Below, piece by piece: positions 40,101 to 52,054 of a stretch of 64,000 bases of DNA. Positions within the stretch are counted from its first letter, which is position 1, and every line of letters starts with the position of its first letter. The position numbers were made by a program, and so were the translations under genes. This stretch comes from Heterodontus francisci. Taxonomy: Eukaryota. The notes under the pieces were generated by a model. It had not been told where the DNA came from and did not search any database. It was given only the letters and a program-made list of their open reading frames with translations. The stretch spans positions 60,048,430 to 60,112,429 of the forward strand of contig NC_090399.1 of NCBI RefSeq assembly GCF_036365525.1. Direction: 5' to 3'.

Positions 40101-43100
40101 TCCCTCAGTATTGACCCTCTGACAGTGCAGCACTCCCTCAGTACTGACCCTCTGACAATGCAGCCCTCCCTCAGTACCGACCCACCGACAGTGCAGCTCT
40201 CCCTCAGTACTGACCCACCGACAGTGCAGCTCTCCCTCAGTACCGACCCACCGACAATGCAGCTGTCCCTCAGTACTTACCCTCTGACAGTGCAGCCCTC
40301 CCTCAGTATTGACCCTCTGACAGTGCAGCACTCCCTCAGTACTGACCCTCTGACAGTGCAGCCCTCCCTCAGTACTGACCCACCGACAGTGCAGCACTCC
40401 CTCAGTACTGACCCTCTGACAGTGCAGCTCTCCCTCAGTACCGACCCACCGACAATGCAGCTGTCCCTCAGTACTTACTCTCTGACAGTGCAGCCCTCCC
40501 TCAGTATTGACCCTCTGACAATGCAGCTCACCCTCTGTACCGACCCACCGACAGTGCAGCTCTCCCTCAGTACTGACCCACCGACAGTGCAGCTCTCCCT
40601 CAGTACTGACCCACCGACAGTGCAGCTTTCCCTCAGTACTGACCCACCGACAATGCAGCACTCCCTCAGTACCGACCCACTGACAATGCAGCTCTCCCTC
40701 AGTACTGACCCACCGACAGTGCAGCACACCCTCAGTACTTATCCTCTGACAGTGCAGCCCTCCCTCAGTACTGACCCACCGACAGTGCAGCTCTCCCTCA
40801 GTACCGACCCACCGACAATGCAGCACTCCCTCAGTACTTACCCTCTGACAGTGCAGCCCTCCCTCAGTACTGACCCACCGACAATGCAGCACTCCCTCAG
40901 TACTGACCCACCGACAGTGCAGCACTCCCTCAGTACTGACCCACCGACAATGCAGCACTCCCTCAGTACTGACCCACCGACAGTGCAGCACTCCCTCAGT
41001 ACTGACCCTCTGACAATGCAGCACTCCCTCAGTACCGACCCACTGACCGTGCAGCTCTCCCTCAGTACTGACCCACCGACAGTGCAGCTCTCCCTCAGTA
41101 CCGACCCACCGACAATGCAGCTGTCCCTCAGTACTGACCCTCTGACAGTGCAGCCCTCCCTCAGTATTGACCCTCTGACAATGCAGCTCTCTCTCAGTAC
41201 CGACCCACCGACAGTGCAGCTCTCCCTCAGTACTGACCCACCGACAGTGCAGCTCTCCCTCAGTACCGACCCACCGACAATGCAGCTGTCCCTCAGTACT
41301 TACCCGCTGACAGTGCAGCCCTCCCTCAGTACTGACCCTCTGACAATGCAGCACTCCTTCAGTACTGACCCACCGACAGTGCAGCTCTCCCTCAGTACCG
41401 ACCCACCGACAATGCAGCTGTCCCTCAGTACTTACCCTCTGACAGTGCAGCCCTCCCTCAGTACTTACCCTCTGACAGTGCAGCCCTCCCTCAGTACTTA
41501 CCCTCTGACAGTGCAGCCCTCCCTCAGTACTTACCCTCTGACAATGCAGCTTTACCTCAATACTGACCCACCGACAATGCAGCTCTCCCTCAGTACTGAC
41601 CCACCGACAGTGCAGCTCTCCCTCAGTACTGACCCACCGACAGTGCAGCTCTCCCTCAGTACTGACCCACCGACAGTGCAGCACTCCCTCAGTACTGACC
41701 CAACGACACTGCAGCTTTCCCTCAGGACTGACCCACCGACAATGCAGCACTCCCTCAGTACCGACCCACTGACAATGCAGCTCTCCCGCAGTACTGACCC
41801 ACCGACAGTGCAGCACTCCCTCAGTACTCATCCTCTGACAGTGCAGCCCTCCCTCATTACTGACCCACCGACAGTGCAGCTCTCCCTCAGTACCGACCCA
41901 CCGACAATGCAGCACTCCCTCAGTACTTACCCTCTGACAGTGCAGCCCATCTCAGTACTGACCCACCGACAGTGCAGCCCTCCCTCAGTACTGACCCACC
42001 GACAGTGCAGCACTCCCTCAGTACTGACCCACCGACAGTGCAGCTGTCCCTCAGTACTTACCCTCTGACAGTGCTGCCCTCCCTCAGTACTTACCCTCTG
42101 ACAGTGCAGCCCTCCCTCAGTACTTACCCTCTGACAGTGCAGCCCTCCCTCAGTACTTACCCTCTGACAATGCAGCTTTCCCTCAATACTGACCCACCGA
42201 CAATGCAGCTCTCCCTCAGTACTGACCCACCGACAGTGCAGCTCTCCCTCAGTCCTGACCCACCGACAGTGCAGCTCTCCCTCAGTACTGACCCAACGAC
42301 ACTGCAGCTTTCCCTCAGGACTGACCCACCGACAATGCAGCACTCCCTCAGTACCGACCCACTGACAATGCAGCTCTCCCTCAGTACTGACCCACCGACA
42401 GTGCAGCACTCCCTCAGTACTTATCCTCTGACAGTGCAGCCCTCCCTCAGTACTGACCCACCGACAGTGCAGCTCTCCCTCAGTACCGACCCACCGACAA
42501 TGCAGCACTCCCTCAGTACTTACCCTCTGACAGTGCTGCCCTCCCTCAGTACTGACCCACCGACAATGCAGCACTCCCTCAGTACTGACCCACCGACAGT
42601 GCAGCACTCTCTCAGTACTGACCCACCGCAAATGCAGCTGTCCCTCAGTACTTACCCTCTGACAGTGCAGCCCTCCCTCAGTATTGACCCTCTGACAGTG
42701 CAGCACTCCCTCAGTACTGACCCTCTGACAATGCAGCCCTCCCTCAGTACCGACCCACCGACAGTGCAGCTCTCCCTCAGTACTGACCCACCGACAGTGC
42801 AGCTCTCCCTCAGTACCGACCCACCGACAATGCAGCTGTCCCTCAGTACTTACCCTCTGACAGTGCAGCCCTCCCTCAGTATTGACCCTCTGACAGTGCA
42901 GCACTCCCTCAGTACTGACCCTCTGACAGTGCAGCCCTCCCTCAGTACTGACCCACCGACAGTGCAGCACTCCCTCAGTACTGACCCTCTGACAGTGCAG
43001 CTCTCCCTCGGTACCGACCCACCGACAATGCAGCTGTCCCTCAGTACTTACTCTCTGACAGTGCAGCCCTCCCTCAGTATTGACCCTCTGACAATGCAGC

Positions 43101-46100
43101 TCACCCTCTGTACCGACCCACCGACAGTGCAGCTCTCCCTCAGTACTGACCCACCGACAGTGCAGCTCTCCCTCAGTACTGACCCACCGACAGTGCAGCT
43201 TTCCCTCAGTACTGACCCACCGACAATGCAGCACTCCCTCAGTACCGACCCACTGACAATGCAGCTCTCCCTCAGTACTGACCCACCGACAGTGCAGCAC
43301 ACCCTCAGTACTTATCCTCTGACAGGTCAGCCCTCCCTCAGTACTGACCCACCGACAGTGCAGCTCTCCCTCAGTACCGACCCACCGACAATGCAGCACT
43401 CCCTCAGTACTTACCCTCTGACAGTGCAGCCCTCCCTCAGTACTGACCCACCGACAATGCAGCACTCCCTCAGTACTGACCCACCGACAGTGCAGCACTC
43501 CCTCAGTACTGACCCACCGACAATGCAGCACTCCCTCAGTACTGACCCACCGACAGTGCAGCACTCCCTCAGTACTGACCCTCTGACAATGCAGCACTCC
43601 CTCAGTACCGACCCACTGACCGTGCAGCTCTCCCTCAGTACTGACCCACCGACAGTGCAGCTCTCCCTCAGTACCGACCCACCGACAATGCAGCTGTCCC
43701 TCAGTGCTGACCCTCTGACAGTGCAGCCCTCCCTCAGTATTGACCCTCTGACAATGCAGCTCTCTCTCAGTACCGACCCACCGACAGTGCAGCTCTCCCT
43801 CAGTACTGACCCACCGACAGTGCAGCTCTCCCTCAGTACCGACCTACCGACAATGCAGCTGTCCCTCAGTACTTACCCTCTGACAGTGCAGCCCTCCCTC
43901 AGTACTGACCCTCTGACAATGCAGCACTCCTTCAGTACTGACCCACCGACAGTGCAGCTCTCCCTCAGTACCGACCCACCGACAATGCAGCTGTCCCTCA
44001 GTACTTACCCTCTGACAGTGCAGCCCTCCCTCAGTACTTACCCTCTGACAGTGCAGCCCTCCCTCAGTACTTACCCTCTGACAGTGCAGCCCTCCCTCAG
44101 TACTTACCCTCTGACAATGCAGCTTTACCTCAATACTGACCCACCGACAATGCAGCTCTCCCTCAGTACTGACCCACCGACAGTGCAGCTCTCCCTCAGT
44201 ACTGACCCACCGACAGTGCAGCTCTCCCTCAGTACTGACCCACCGACAGTGCAGCACTCCCTCAGTACTGACCCAACGACACTGCAGCTTTCCCTCAGGA
44301 CTGACCCACTGACAATGCAGCACTCCCTCAGTACCGACCCACTGACAATGCAGCTCTCCCGCAGTACTGACCCACCGACAGTGCAGCACTCCCTCAGTAC
44401 TTATCCTCTGACAGTGCAGCCCTCCCTCAGTACTGACCCACCGACAGTGCAGCTCTCCCTCAGTACCGACCCACCGACAATGCAGCACTCCCTCAGTACT
44501 TACCCTCTGACAGTGCAGCCCTCCCTCAGTACTGACCCACCGACAGTGCAGCTCTCCCTCAGTACCGACCCACCGACAATGCAGCACTCCCTCAGTACTT
44601 ACCCTCTGACAGTGCAGCCCCTCTCAGTACTGACCCACCGACAGTGCAGCTCTCCCTCAGTACTGACCCACCGACAGTGCAGCACTCCCTCAGTACTGAC
44701 CCACCGACAGTGCAGCACTCCCTCAGTACTGACCCTCTGACAGTGCAGCTCTCCCTCAGTACCGACCCACCGACAATGCAGCTGTCCCTCAGTACTTACT
44801 CTCTGACAGTGCAGCCCTCCCTCAGTATTGACCCTCTGACAATGCAGCTCACCCTCTGTACCGACCCACCGACAGTGCAACTCTCCCTCAGTACTGACCC
44901 ACCGACAGTGCAGCTCTCCCTCAGTACTGACCCACCGACAATGCAGCACTCCCTCAGTCCCGACCCACTGACAATGCAGCTCTCCCTCAGTACTGACCCA
45001 CCGACAGTGCAGCACTCCCTCAGTACTTATCCTCTGACAGTGCAGCCCTCCCTCAGTACTGACCCACCGACAGTGCAGCTCTCCCTCAGTCCGGACCCAC
45101 CGACAATGCAGCACTCCCTCAGTACTTACCCTCTGACAGTGCAGCCCTCCCTCAGTACTGACCTACCGACAATGCAGCACTCCCTCAGTACTGACCCACC
45201 GACAGTGCAGCCCTCCCTCAGTACTGACCCACCGACAATGCAGCACTCCCTCAGTACTGACCCACCGACAGTGCAGCACTCCCTCAGTACTGACCCTCTG
45301 ACAATGCAGCACTCCCTCAGTACTGACCCACTGACCGTGCAGCTCTCCCTCAGTACTGACCCACCAACAGTGCAGCTCTCCCTCAGTACCGACCCACCGA
45401 CAATGCAGCTGTCCCTCAGTACTTACCCTCTGACAGTGCAGCCCTCCCTCAGTATTGACCCTCTGACAATGCAGCTCTCTCTCAGTACCGACCCACCGAC
45501 AGTGCAGCTCTCCCTCAGTACTGACCCACCGACAGTGCAGCTCTCCCTCAGTACCGACCCACCGACAATGCAGCTGTCCCTCAGTACTTACCCTCTGACA
45601 GTGCAGCCCTCCCTCAGTATTGACCCTCTGACAATGCAGCACTCCTTCAGTACTGACCCACCGACAGTGCAGCCCTCCCTCAGTACCGACCCACCGACAA
45701 TGCAGCTGTCCCTCAGTACTTACCCTCTGACAGTGCTGCCCTCCCTCAGTACTTACCCTTTGACAGTGCAGCCCTCCCTCAGTACTTACCCTCTGACAGT
45801 GCAGCCCTCCCTCAGTACTTACCCTCTGACAATGCAGCTTTCCCTCAATAGTGACCCACCGACAATGCAGCTCTCCCTCAGTACTGACCCACCGACAGTG
45901 CAGCTCTCCCTCAGTCCTGACCCACCGACAGTGCAGCTCTCCCTCAGTACTGACCCACCGACAGTGCAGCACTCCCTCAGTACTGACCCAACGACACTGC
46001 AGCTTTCCCTCAGGACTGACCCACCGACAATGCAGCACTCCCTCAGTACCGACCCACTGACAATGCAGCTCTCCCTCAGTACTGACCCACCGACAGTGCA

Positions 46101-47330
46101 GCACTCCCTCAGTACTTATCCTCTGACAGTGCAGCCCTCCCTCAGTACTGACCCACCGACAGTGCAGCTCTCCCTCAGTACCGACCCACCGACAATGCAG
46201 CACTCCCTCAGTACTTACCCTCTGATAGTGCAGCCCTCCCTCAGTACTGACCCACCGACAATGCAGCACTCCCTCAGTACTGACCCACCGACAGTGCAGC
46301 ACTCCCTCAGTACTGACCCACCGCAAATGCAGCTGTCCCTCAGTACGTACCCTCTGACAGTGCAGCCCTCCCTCAGTATTGACCCTCTGACAGTGCAGCA
46401 CTCCCTCAATACTGACCCTCTGACAATGCAGCCCTCCCTCAGTACCGACCCACCGACAGTGCAGCTCTCCCTCAGTACTGACCCACCGACAGTGCAGCTC
46501 TCCCTCAGTACCGACCCACCGACAATGCAGCTGTCCCTCAGTACTTACCCTCTGACAGTGCAGCCCTCCCTCAGTATTGACCCTCTGACAGTGCAGCACT
46601 CCCTCAGTACTGACCCTCTGACAATGCAGCACTCCCTCATTACTGACCCACCGACAGTGCAGCTCTCCCTCAGTACCGACCCACCGACAATGCAGCACTC
46701 CCTCAGTACTTACCCTCTGACAGTGCAGCCCTCCCTCAGTACTTACCCTCTGACAGTGCAGCCCTCCCTCAGTACTTACCCTCTGACAATGCAGCTTTCC
46801 CTCAGTACTGACCCACCGACTGTGCAGCCCTCCCTCAAAACTTACCCTCTGACAGTGCAGCCCTCCCTCAGTACTTACCCTCTGACAATGCAGCTTTCCC
46901 TCAGTGCTGACCCACCGACAATGCAGCTGCCCCTCAGTACTTACCCTCTGACAGCACAGCACTCCCTCAGTACTTACCCTCTGACAGTGCAGCCCTCCCT
47001 CAGTATTTACCCTCTGACAATGCAGCCCTCCCTCAGTACTGCCCCTCCGACAGTGCTGTGCTCTCTCAGTACCGACCCTCCGACAGTGCAGCACTCCCTC
47101 AGGACTGACCCACCGACAGTGCAGCACTCCCTCAGTACTGCCCCTCCGACAGTGCTGTGCTCTCTCAGTACCGACCATCCGACTGTGCAGCACTCCCTCC
47201 GTACTGACCCTCCGACAGTGCAGCACTCCCTCAGTACTGCACTAAAGCATCAGCCTAGATTTTGTGCTGAATGATTGGGAAATTCTGATTGTGAGGTGAG
47301 AGTGCTACCATCGAGGCCCAGCTGACATCA
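37140..47330 (-). mobile_element. Deu-type (SacSINE1-like) SINE copy split by the 33-bp array
   Basis: Left edge atggcacctccgacactgcagcactccctcag and right edge cagtactgcactaaagcatcagcctagattttgtgct...gagagtgctacc...cagctgaca are collinear parts of this SINE family on the minus strand. Confidence 0.7.
37150..47240. repeat. 33-bp tandem array, about 305 copies
   Basis: Unit ccctcagtactgacccaccgacagtgcagcact. The 11-codon periodicity gives the 823-922 aa pseudo-ORFs; higher-order period about 2.4-2.7 kb. Confidence 0.99.
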
Positions 47331-47399
47331 CATAAAAAAGAATATTTCCACTGAGAGTGCAGTGGGCTTGACTGAAAAAAGTAGATCAAGGTTGGTCTT

Positions 47400-47976
47400 G
47401 ATAATGAGGTTCACTCTCCTCAGGTATAGGTCATTCCTTTCGGGTTTGGTGAGGTGACCCTGTTATGTATTCCACTCCTGCTAACTTTCTGCAGTTGTGT
47501 TTGTGTTTAACAAACTTGCTGGTGTATTTTGCAATGATCTTATAGGGCTCTGTCTCTGTGCATTGGGAACAGAGAGACCTCAGGTTTCTGAACAGCACAA
47601 ACCTTGTAAGCATCTGACATTTCAACATTCCTTCCAGACACAACATGTAGATGCAGTTATCCATTATATATTCAACACACATCCCCACCACAGAGAACAC
47701 ATCAGAGCCCAGTTTACCCGCGTTTCCTGTTATAGTCACCAGGATGGGCTCCTGTACCCACAACCATAAACTGTCTACAATTTCTATGTAACATGACTGA
47801 GCTTCATATTCTGGGATAACCAGCCTGTTAAAGCCTGAAAGTGAAGCAAGTTTCCCTTTCCTCATTGTCTGGGTTTGACACTGTGAGGTATGTGTGATGG
47901 TCAATAATGATCCAGTGTTTATCAATAAATCATGTCTGTGGCCAACCAGAACAACTGGGTAAAGCAACCCCATCAC
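47400..47976 (-). pseudogene. pol: ERV2 aspartic protease and RT N-terminus remnant
   Basis: ORF 47431-47976 has LLINTGS (DTG active site with D>N), LSGFN flap, KLGSDVF (ILGxD), then FVKHKHNC...PHQTRKE*PIP (RT entry, QYP-like). Confidence 0.75.
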
Positions 47977-50202
47977 ATCAGACCCTCACTCCGACTGTGG
48001 GAAGACCACTCCCTCCTCACGCCCCTATCACATCAGACTCTCCTTCCGGCTGTGGGGAGACCACTCCCTCCTCACGCCCCTATCACATCAGACCCTCACT
48101 CCGACTGTGGGAAGACCACTCCCTCCTCACGCCCCTATCACATCAGACTCTCCTTCCGGCTGTGGGGAGAACACCCCACCTCACTCTCCCATCATATTGG
48201 ACCCTTATAACAGCTGTAGGGACACCACTCCTCCCTCAATCCTCCATCAGCTTGGACACTCACTCCAACTGTGGGGAGACCACTCCCTCCACCCTAACCT
48301 ATCACATCGGACCCTCACTCCAACTGTGGGGAGACCACTCCCTCCACCCGAACTCATCACATTGGACCCTCACTCCAACTGTGGGGAGACCACTCCCTCC
48401 TCCCTAACCCATCACATCAGACACTCATTCCAACTGTGGGGAGACCACTCCCTCCACCCTAACCTATCACATCGGACCCTCACTCCAACTGTGGGGAGAC
48501 CACTCCCTCCACCCGAACTCATCACATTGGACCCTCACTCCAACTGTAGGGAGCCCACTCCCTCCTCCCTAACCTATCACATTGGACCCTCACTCTCAAC
48601 TGTGGGGAGACCACTCCCTCCTCCCTAACCGATCACATCGGACACTCACTCTAACTGTGGGGAGACCACTCCCTCCACCCTAACCTATCACATCGGACCC
48701 TCACTCCAACTGTGGGGAGACCACTCCCTCCTCCCTAACCGATTACATCGGACACTCACTCTAACTGTGGGGAGACCACTCCCTCCACCCTAACCTATCA
48801 CATCGGACCCTCACTCCAACTGTGGGGAGACCACTCCCTCCTCCCTAACCGATCACATCGGACACTCACTCCAACTGTGGGGAGACCACTCCCTCCTCCC
48901 TAACTCATCACATTGGACCTTCACTCTCAACTGTGGGGAGACCACTCCTTCCTCCCTAACTTATCACATCGGACACTCACTCCAACTGTAGGGAGCCCAC
49001 TCCCTCCTCCCTAACCTATCACATCGGACCCTCACTCCAACTGTGGGGAGCCCACTCCCTCCTCCCTAACCCATCACATTGGACCCTCACTCCAACCGTA
49101 GGGAGCCCACTCCCTCCTCCCTAACCCATCACATTGGACCCTCACTCTCAACTGTGGGGAGACCACTCCCTCCTCCCTAACCTATCACATCGGACCCTCA
49201 CTCTCAACTGTGGGGAGCCCACTCCCTCCTCCCTAACCCATCACATTGGACTCTCACTCCAACTGTGGGGAGACCACTCCCTCCTCCCTCAATCCTCCAT
49301 CAGATTGGACCCTCACTCCAACTGTGGGGAGACCACTCCCTCCTCCCTAACCGATCACATCGGACCCTCACTCCAACTGTGGGGAGACCACTCCCTCCTC
49401 CCTAACCGATCACATCGGACACTCACTCCAACTGTGGGGAGACCACTCCCTCCTCCCTAACCCATCACATTGGACCCTCACTCCAACTGTGGGGAGACCA
49501 CTCCCTCCTCCCTAACCCATCACATTGGACCCTCACTCCAACTGTGGGGAGACCACTCCCTCCTCCCTAACCCATCACATTGGACCCTCACTCCAACTGT
49601 GGGGAGACCACTCCCTCCTCCCTAACCGATCACATCGGACACTCACTCCAACTGTGGGGAGACCACTCCCTCCTCCCTAACCTATCACATCGGACCCTCA
49701 CTCCAACTGTGGGGAGACCACTCCCTCCTCCCTAACCGATCACATCGGACACTCACTCCAACTGTGGGGAGACCACTCCCTCCTCCCTAACTCATCACAT
49801 TGGAAACTCACTCCAACTGTAGAGAGACCACTCCCTCCTCCCTAACCTATCACATCGGACCCTCACTCAACTGTGGGGAGCCCACTCCCTCCTCCCTAAC
49901 CTATCACATCGGACCCTCACTCCAACTGTAGGGAGACCACTCCCTCCTCCCTAACCCATCTCATTGGACCCTCACTCTCAACTGTGGGGAGACCACTCCC
50001 TCCTCCCTAACCCATCACATTGGACCCTCACTCTCAACTATGGGGAGACCACTCCCTCCTCCCTAACCTATCACATCGGACCCTCACTCTCAACTGTGGG
50101 GAGCCCACTCCCTCCTCCCTAACCTATCGCATTGGACCCTCACTCTCAACTGTGGGGAGACCACTCCCTCCTCCCTAACCCATCACATTGGACCCTCACT
50201 CC
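47975..50202. repeat. ~55-bp minisatellite, about 40 copies, between ERV2 gag and protease
   Basis: Unit cactccaactgtggggagaccactccctcctccctaacccatcacattggaccct. Confidence 0.97.
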
Positions 50203-51230
50203 TGACTATGAGGAGGCCTCTCCTTCTCTATTGGGATTCTCTGTTGGCCATGCCTCCTTCTGTTGATCTTGACTGGAGGGTAATGGGAGGCCCTCAGCTT
50301 GCTGCAGCCACTCTCTCAGTAATCTTCTCCATGTTCAGCAGAGTTTCTAATCGCTCAATCTGTTGTCCAAAGCAGTGAATGTGATCACTTTCTCCTCCAT
50401 CTCCTCCCTAGGGAGCTCGTCCAAAGTGTGGACCCCCTTTCTCTCCCAGATCTCCAATTCCTGTCCACATGACCTGGTTTATCACAGTTCGAGTAGTTCA
50501 GACTGTGTGTGGCTCGCTTGTGGACTGGCTCAGTCCCAGTCTCTGTCCCTAGTGGGACAAGGCTCGTCCACAGCTGAGACCTGCCTTTTCTGAGTCTCCG
50601 CTGCTCAAACTCACTCACCTGCTGGATGATCCCAACCTGGTGTCACCTCTTATCTAGCTTGTTCCCAGTCCAATCCTGTGTGGACCGACACTCCCACCTT
50701 CTCCTTTAGAATGGGAGATAATCAAACAAGGAATAAGGATTTAAATCTGGGGTCTGTCATGGCTGGTGCTCACTTCCCTTCTCCTCCTGTCACCCCTACT
50801 CCCAAGATATAAATGTTAAAGATGCTCTAGAATGTTTCAGGGCTCCTTGTCTTACTCCACCCGCCTGTGCTAATAGTTAGGCAGGGTCCATCCCTAAGAT
50901 AGTCAGTATTGCCCTTGTCAGCAGGAACATCTCAATCAGTTGCATCTTCCAGCCCCTCCTGGACCATTCGCCGTTCCACCACACTTCTACATGTCTACTT
51001 TAAACCTGAGCAAACACGAGTTCCTGTTGACACTATTTGTGGTTTCCTGTATCTGGGGTTGACTTGGTCTGTGGTGCAGCCTTTAATGTTGCCTGTGTAT
51101 CCTTTAGGTTACTTTTACAGCTACCTTCTCCCTTAACCCATTGTTTATCTTACAGTTTCCAATATCCCCTCCACACTGATTTTCCATCCTGCTTATTGAC
51201 ATTGGAGTGTCACTGGTCTTCCTTGGAGGT
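50203..51230 (-). pseudogene. gag: ERV2 gag remnant (coiled coil, capsid-like segment, degenerate CCHC zinc knuckle)
   Basis: Minus strand: LKDTQATLKAA...NHK*CQQEL (~51020-51110), DPRFKSLFLV*LSPILKEKVGV (~50690-50760), YSNCDKPGHVDRNW (C-x2-C-x4-H-x4-C with both outer Cys changed by single-base substitutions, ~50454-50495). Confidence 0.65.
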
Positions 51231-51289
51231 AGACTCACTCTGCAAACCTTTCCCTTTTTCAATTCACAGCTCCTGGTTTCTAAATCTTT

Positions 51290-51395
51290 TTCACCCAGAG
51301 ACTACTGTAGTTTTATTCTGATTGGACACAAATATGCCAACGAACCAATCAGTATGCAGCAGTCTGAATAACCAACAACATCTTCTGATTTAATG
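51290..51395 (+). promoter_or_regulatory. Candidate MHC class I promoter (X-like box, inverted CCAAT/Y box, CCAAT box)
   Basis: cccagagactactg (51294-51307, X1-like), CTGATTGG (51318-51325), CCAATCAG (51345-51352), AT-rich TTTAAT near 51389; about 350-400 bp upstream of the leader ATG. Confidence 0.55.
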
Positions 51396-51404
51396 CAATC
51401 AGCA

Positions 51405-51634
51405 CTGGGCACAGCTCACAGACCCAGAACACGGGGCAGAGGAATCACACAGTCTGAACTGGACACAGCTCACAGACCCAGAACACGGGGCAGAGAAATC
51501 ACACAGTCTGAACTGGGCACAGCTCACAGACCCAGAACACGGGGCAGAGGAATCACACAGTCTGAACTGGACACAGCTCACAGACCCAGAACACGGGGCA
51601 GAGGAATCACACAGTCTGAACTGGACACAGCTCA
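51405..51634. repeat. 54-bp tandem repeat, about 4.3 copies, between the promoter and the start codon
   Basis: Unit ctgggcacagctcacagacccagaacacggggcagaggaatcacacagtctgaa. Confidence 0.95.
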
Positions 51635-51705
51635 GAGCCCGAGACAGTATTTGGGAAAAGGATTCCCCACAAACTGTTCATCCCAGACTGTTGAGGGAAG
51701 CAACA

Positions 51706-51754
51706 ATGATTGGAGTGATAGAACTGGTCCTCCTGTGTGGAGGAGTCTCTGCAG
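51706..51754 (+). CDS. MHC class I heavy chain, exon 1 (signal peptide MIGVIELVLLCGGVSA)
   Basis: ACAATGA start context, 16 codons plus one G, perfect donor CAG|GTGAGT. Phase 1 joins GA of exon 2 to give the mature N-terminal Gly. Resembles shark class I leaders (LLCGxVSA). Confidence 0.88.
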
Positions 51755-51759
51755 GTGAG

Positions 51760-51931
51760 TAATGGGGACTGAGAGGGTCTCAGTGCCAGGCTGGGTACTG
51801 GGGCATTAACCCTTGGTCAGTGGGTAATGGGCTCTGAGAGGACTCAGTGCCAGGCTGGGTACTGGGGCATTAACCCTTGGTCAGTGGGTAATGGGCTCTG
51901 AGAGGGTTTCAGTGCTAGACTGGGCACTGGG
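51760..51931. repeat. 64-65 bp tandem repeat, about 2.6 copies, at the start of intron 1
   Basis: taatggg..ctgagagg..tcagtgccaggctgggtactggggcattaacccttggtcagtggg starting at 51760, 51825 and 51889. Confidence 0.9.
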
Positions 51932-52054
51932 ACTGGAGAATGGAGAGAGACTTTAGGGGGAGTGAGGGACATGGGACTGCAGAATGGAGATAGAGAGAGA
52001 GAACGATAGCAACAGCATTTGTATTTGATCATAATTGATTTGTACCTCAACTTC

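Noticed and set aside
14078-47240. CRISPR-like 33-37 bp periodicity
   Set aside because: Head-to-tail repeats with no unique spacers and no cas genes, in a eukaryotic context.
37189-47274. Mucin-like 823-922 aa ORFs (STDPPTVQLSL)n and His/Cys-rich antisense ORFs
   Set aside because: A 33-nt stop-free unit derived from a SINE; open on both strands and broken by single-base deletions.
47975-50202. Interstitial telomere or human PRDM9 hotspot motif (CCTCCCT)
   Set aside because: Only about 1.5 TTAGGG units per monomer; PRDM9 motifs are lineage-specific, so the human motif is uninformative here.
51248-51262. ISRE upstream of the MHC promoter (tttccctttttc)
   Set aside because: Imperfect match to TTTCNNTTTC; too weak to call.
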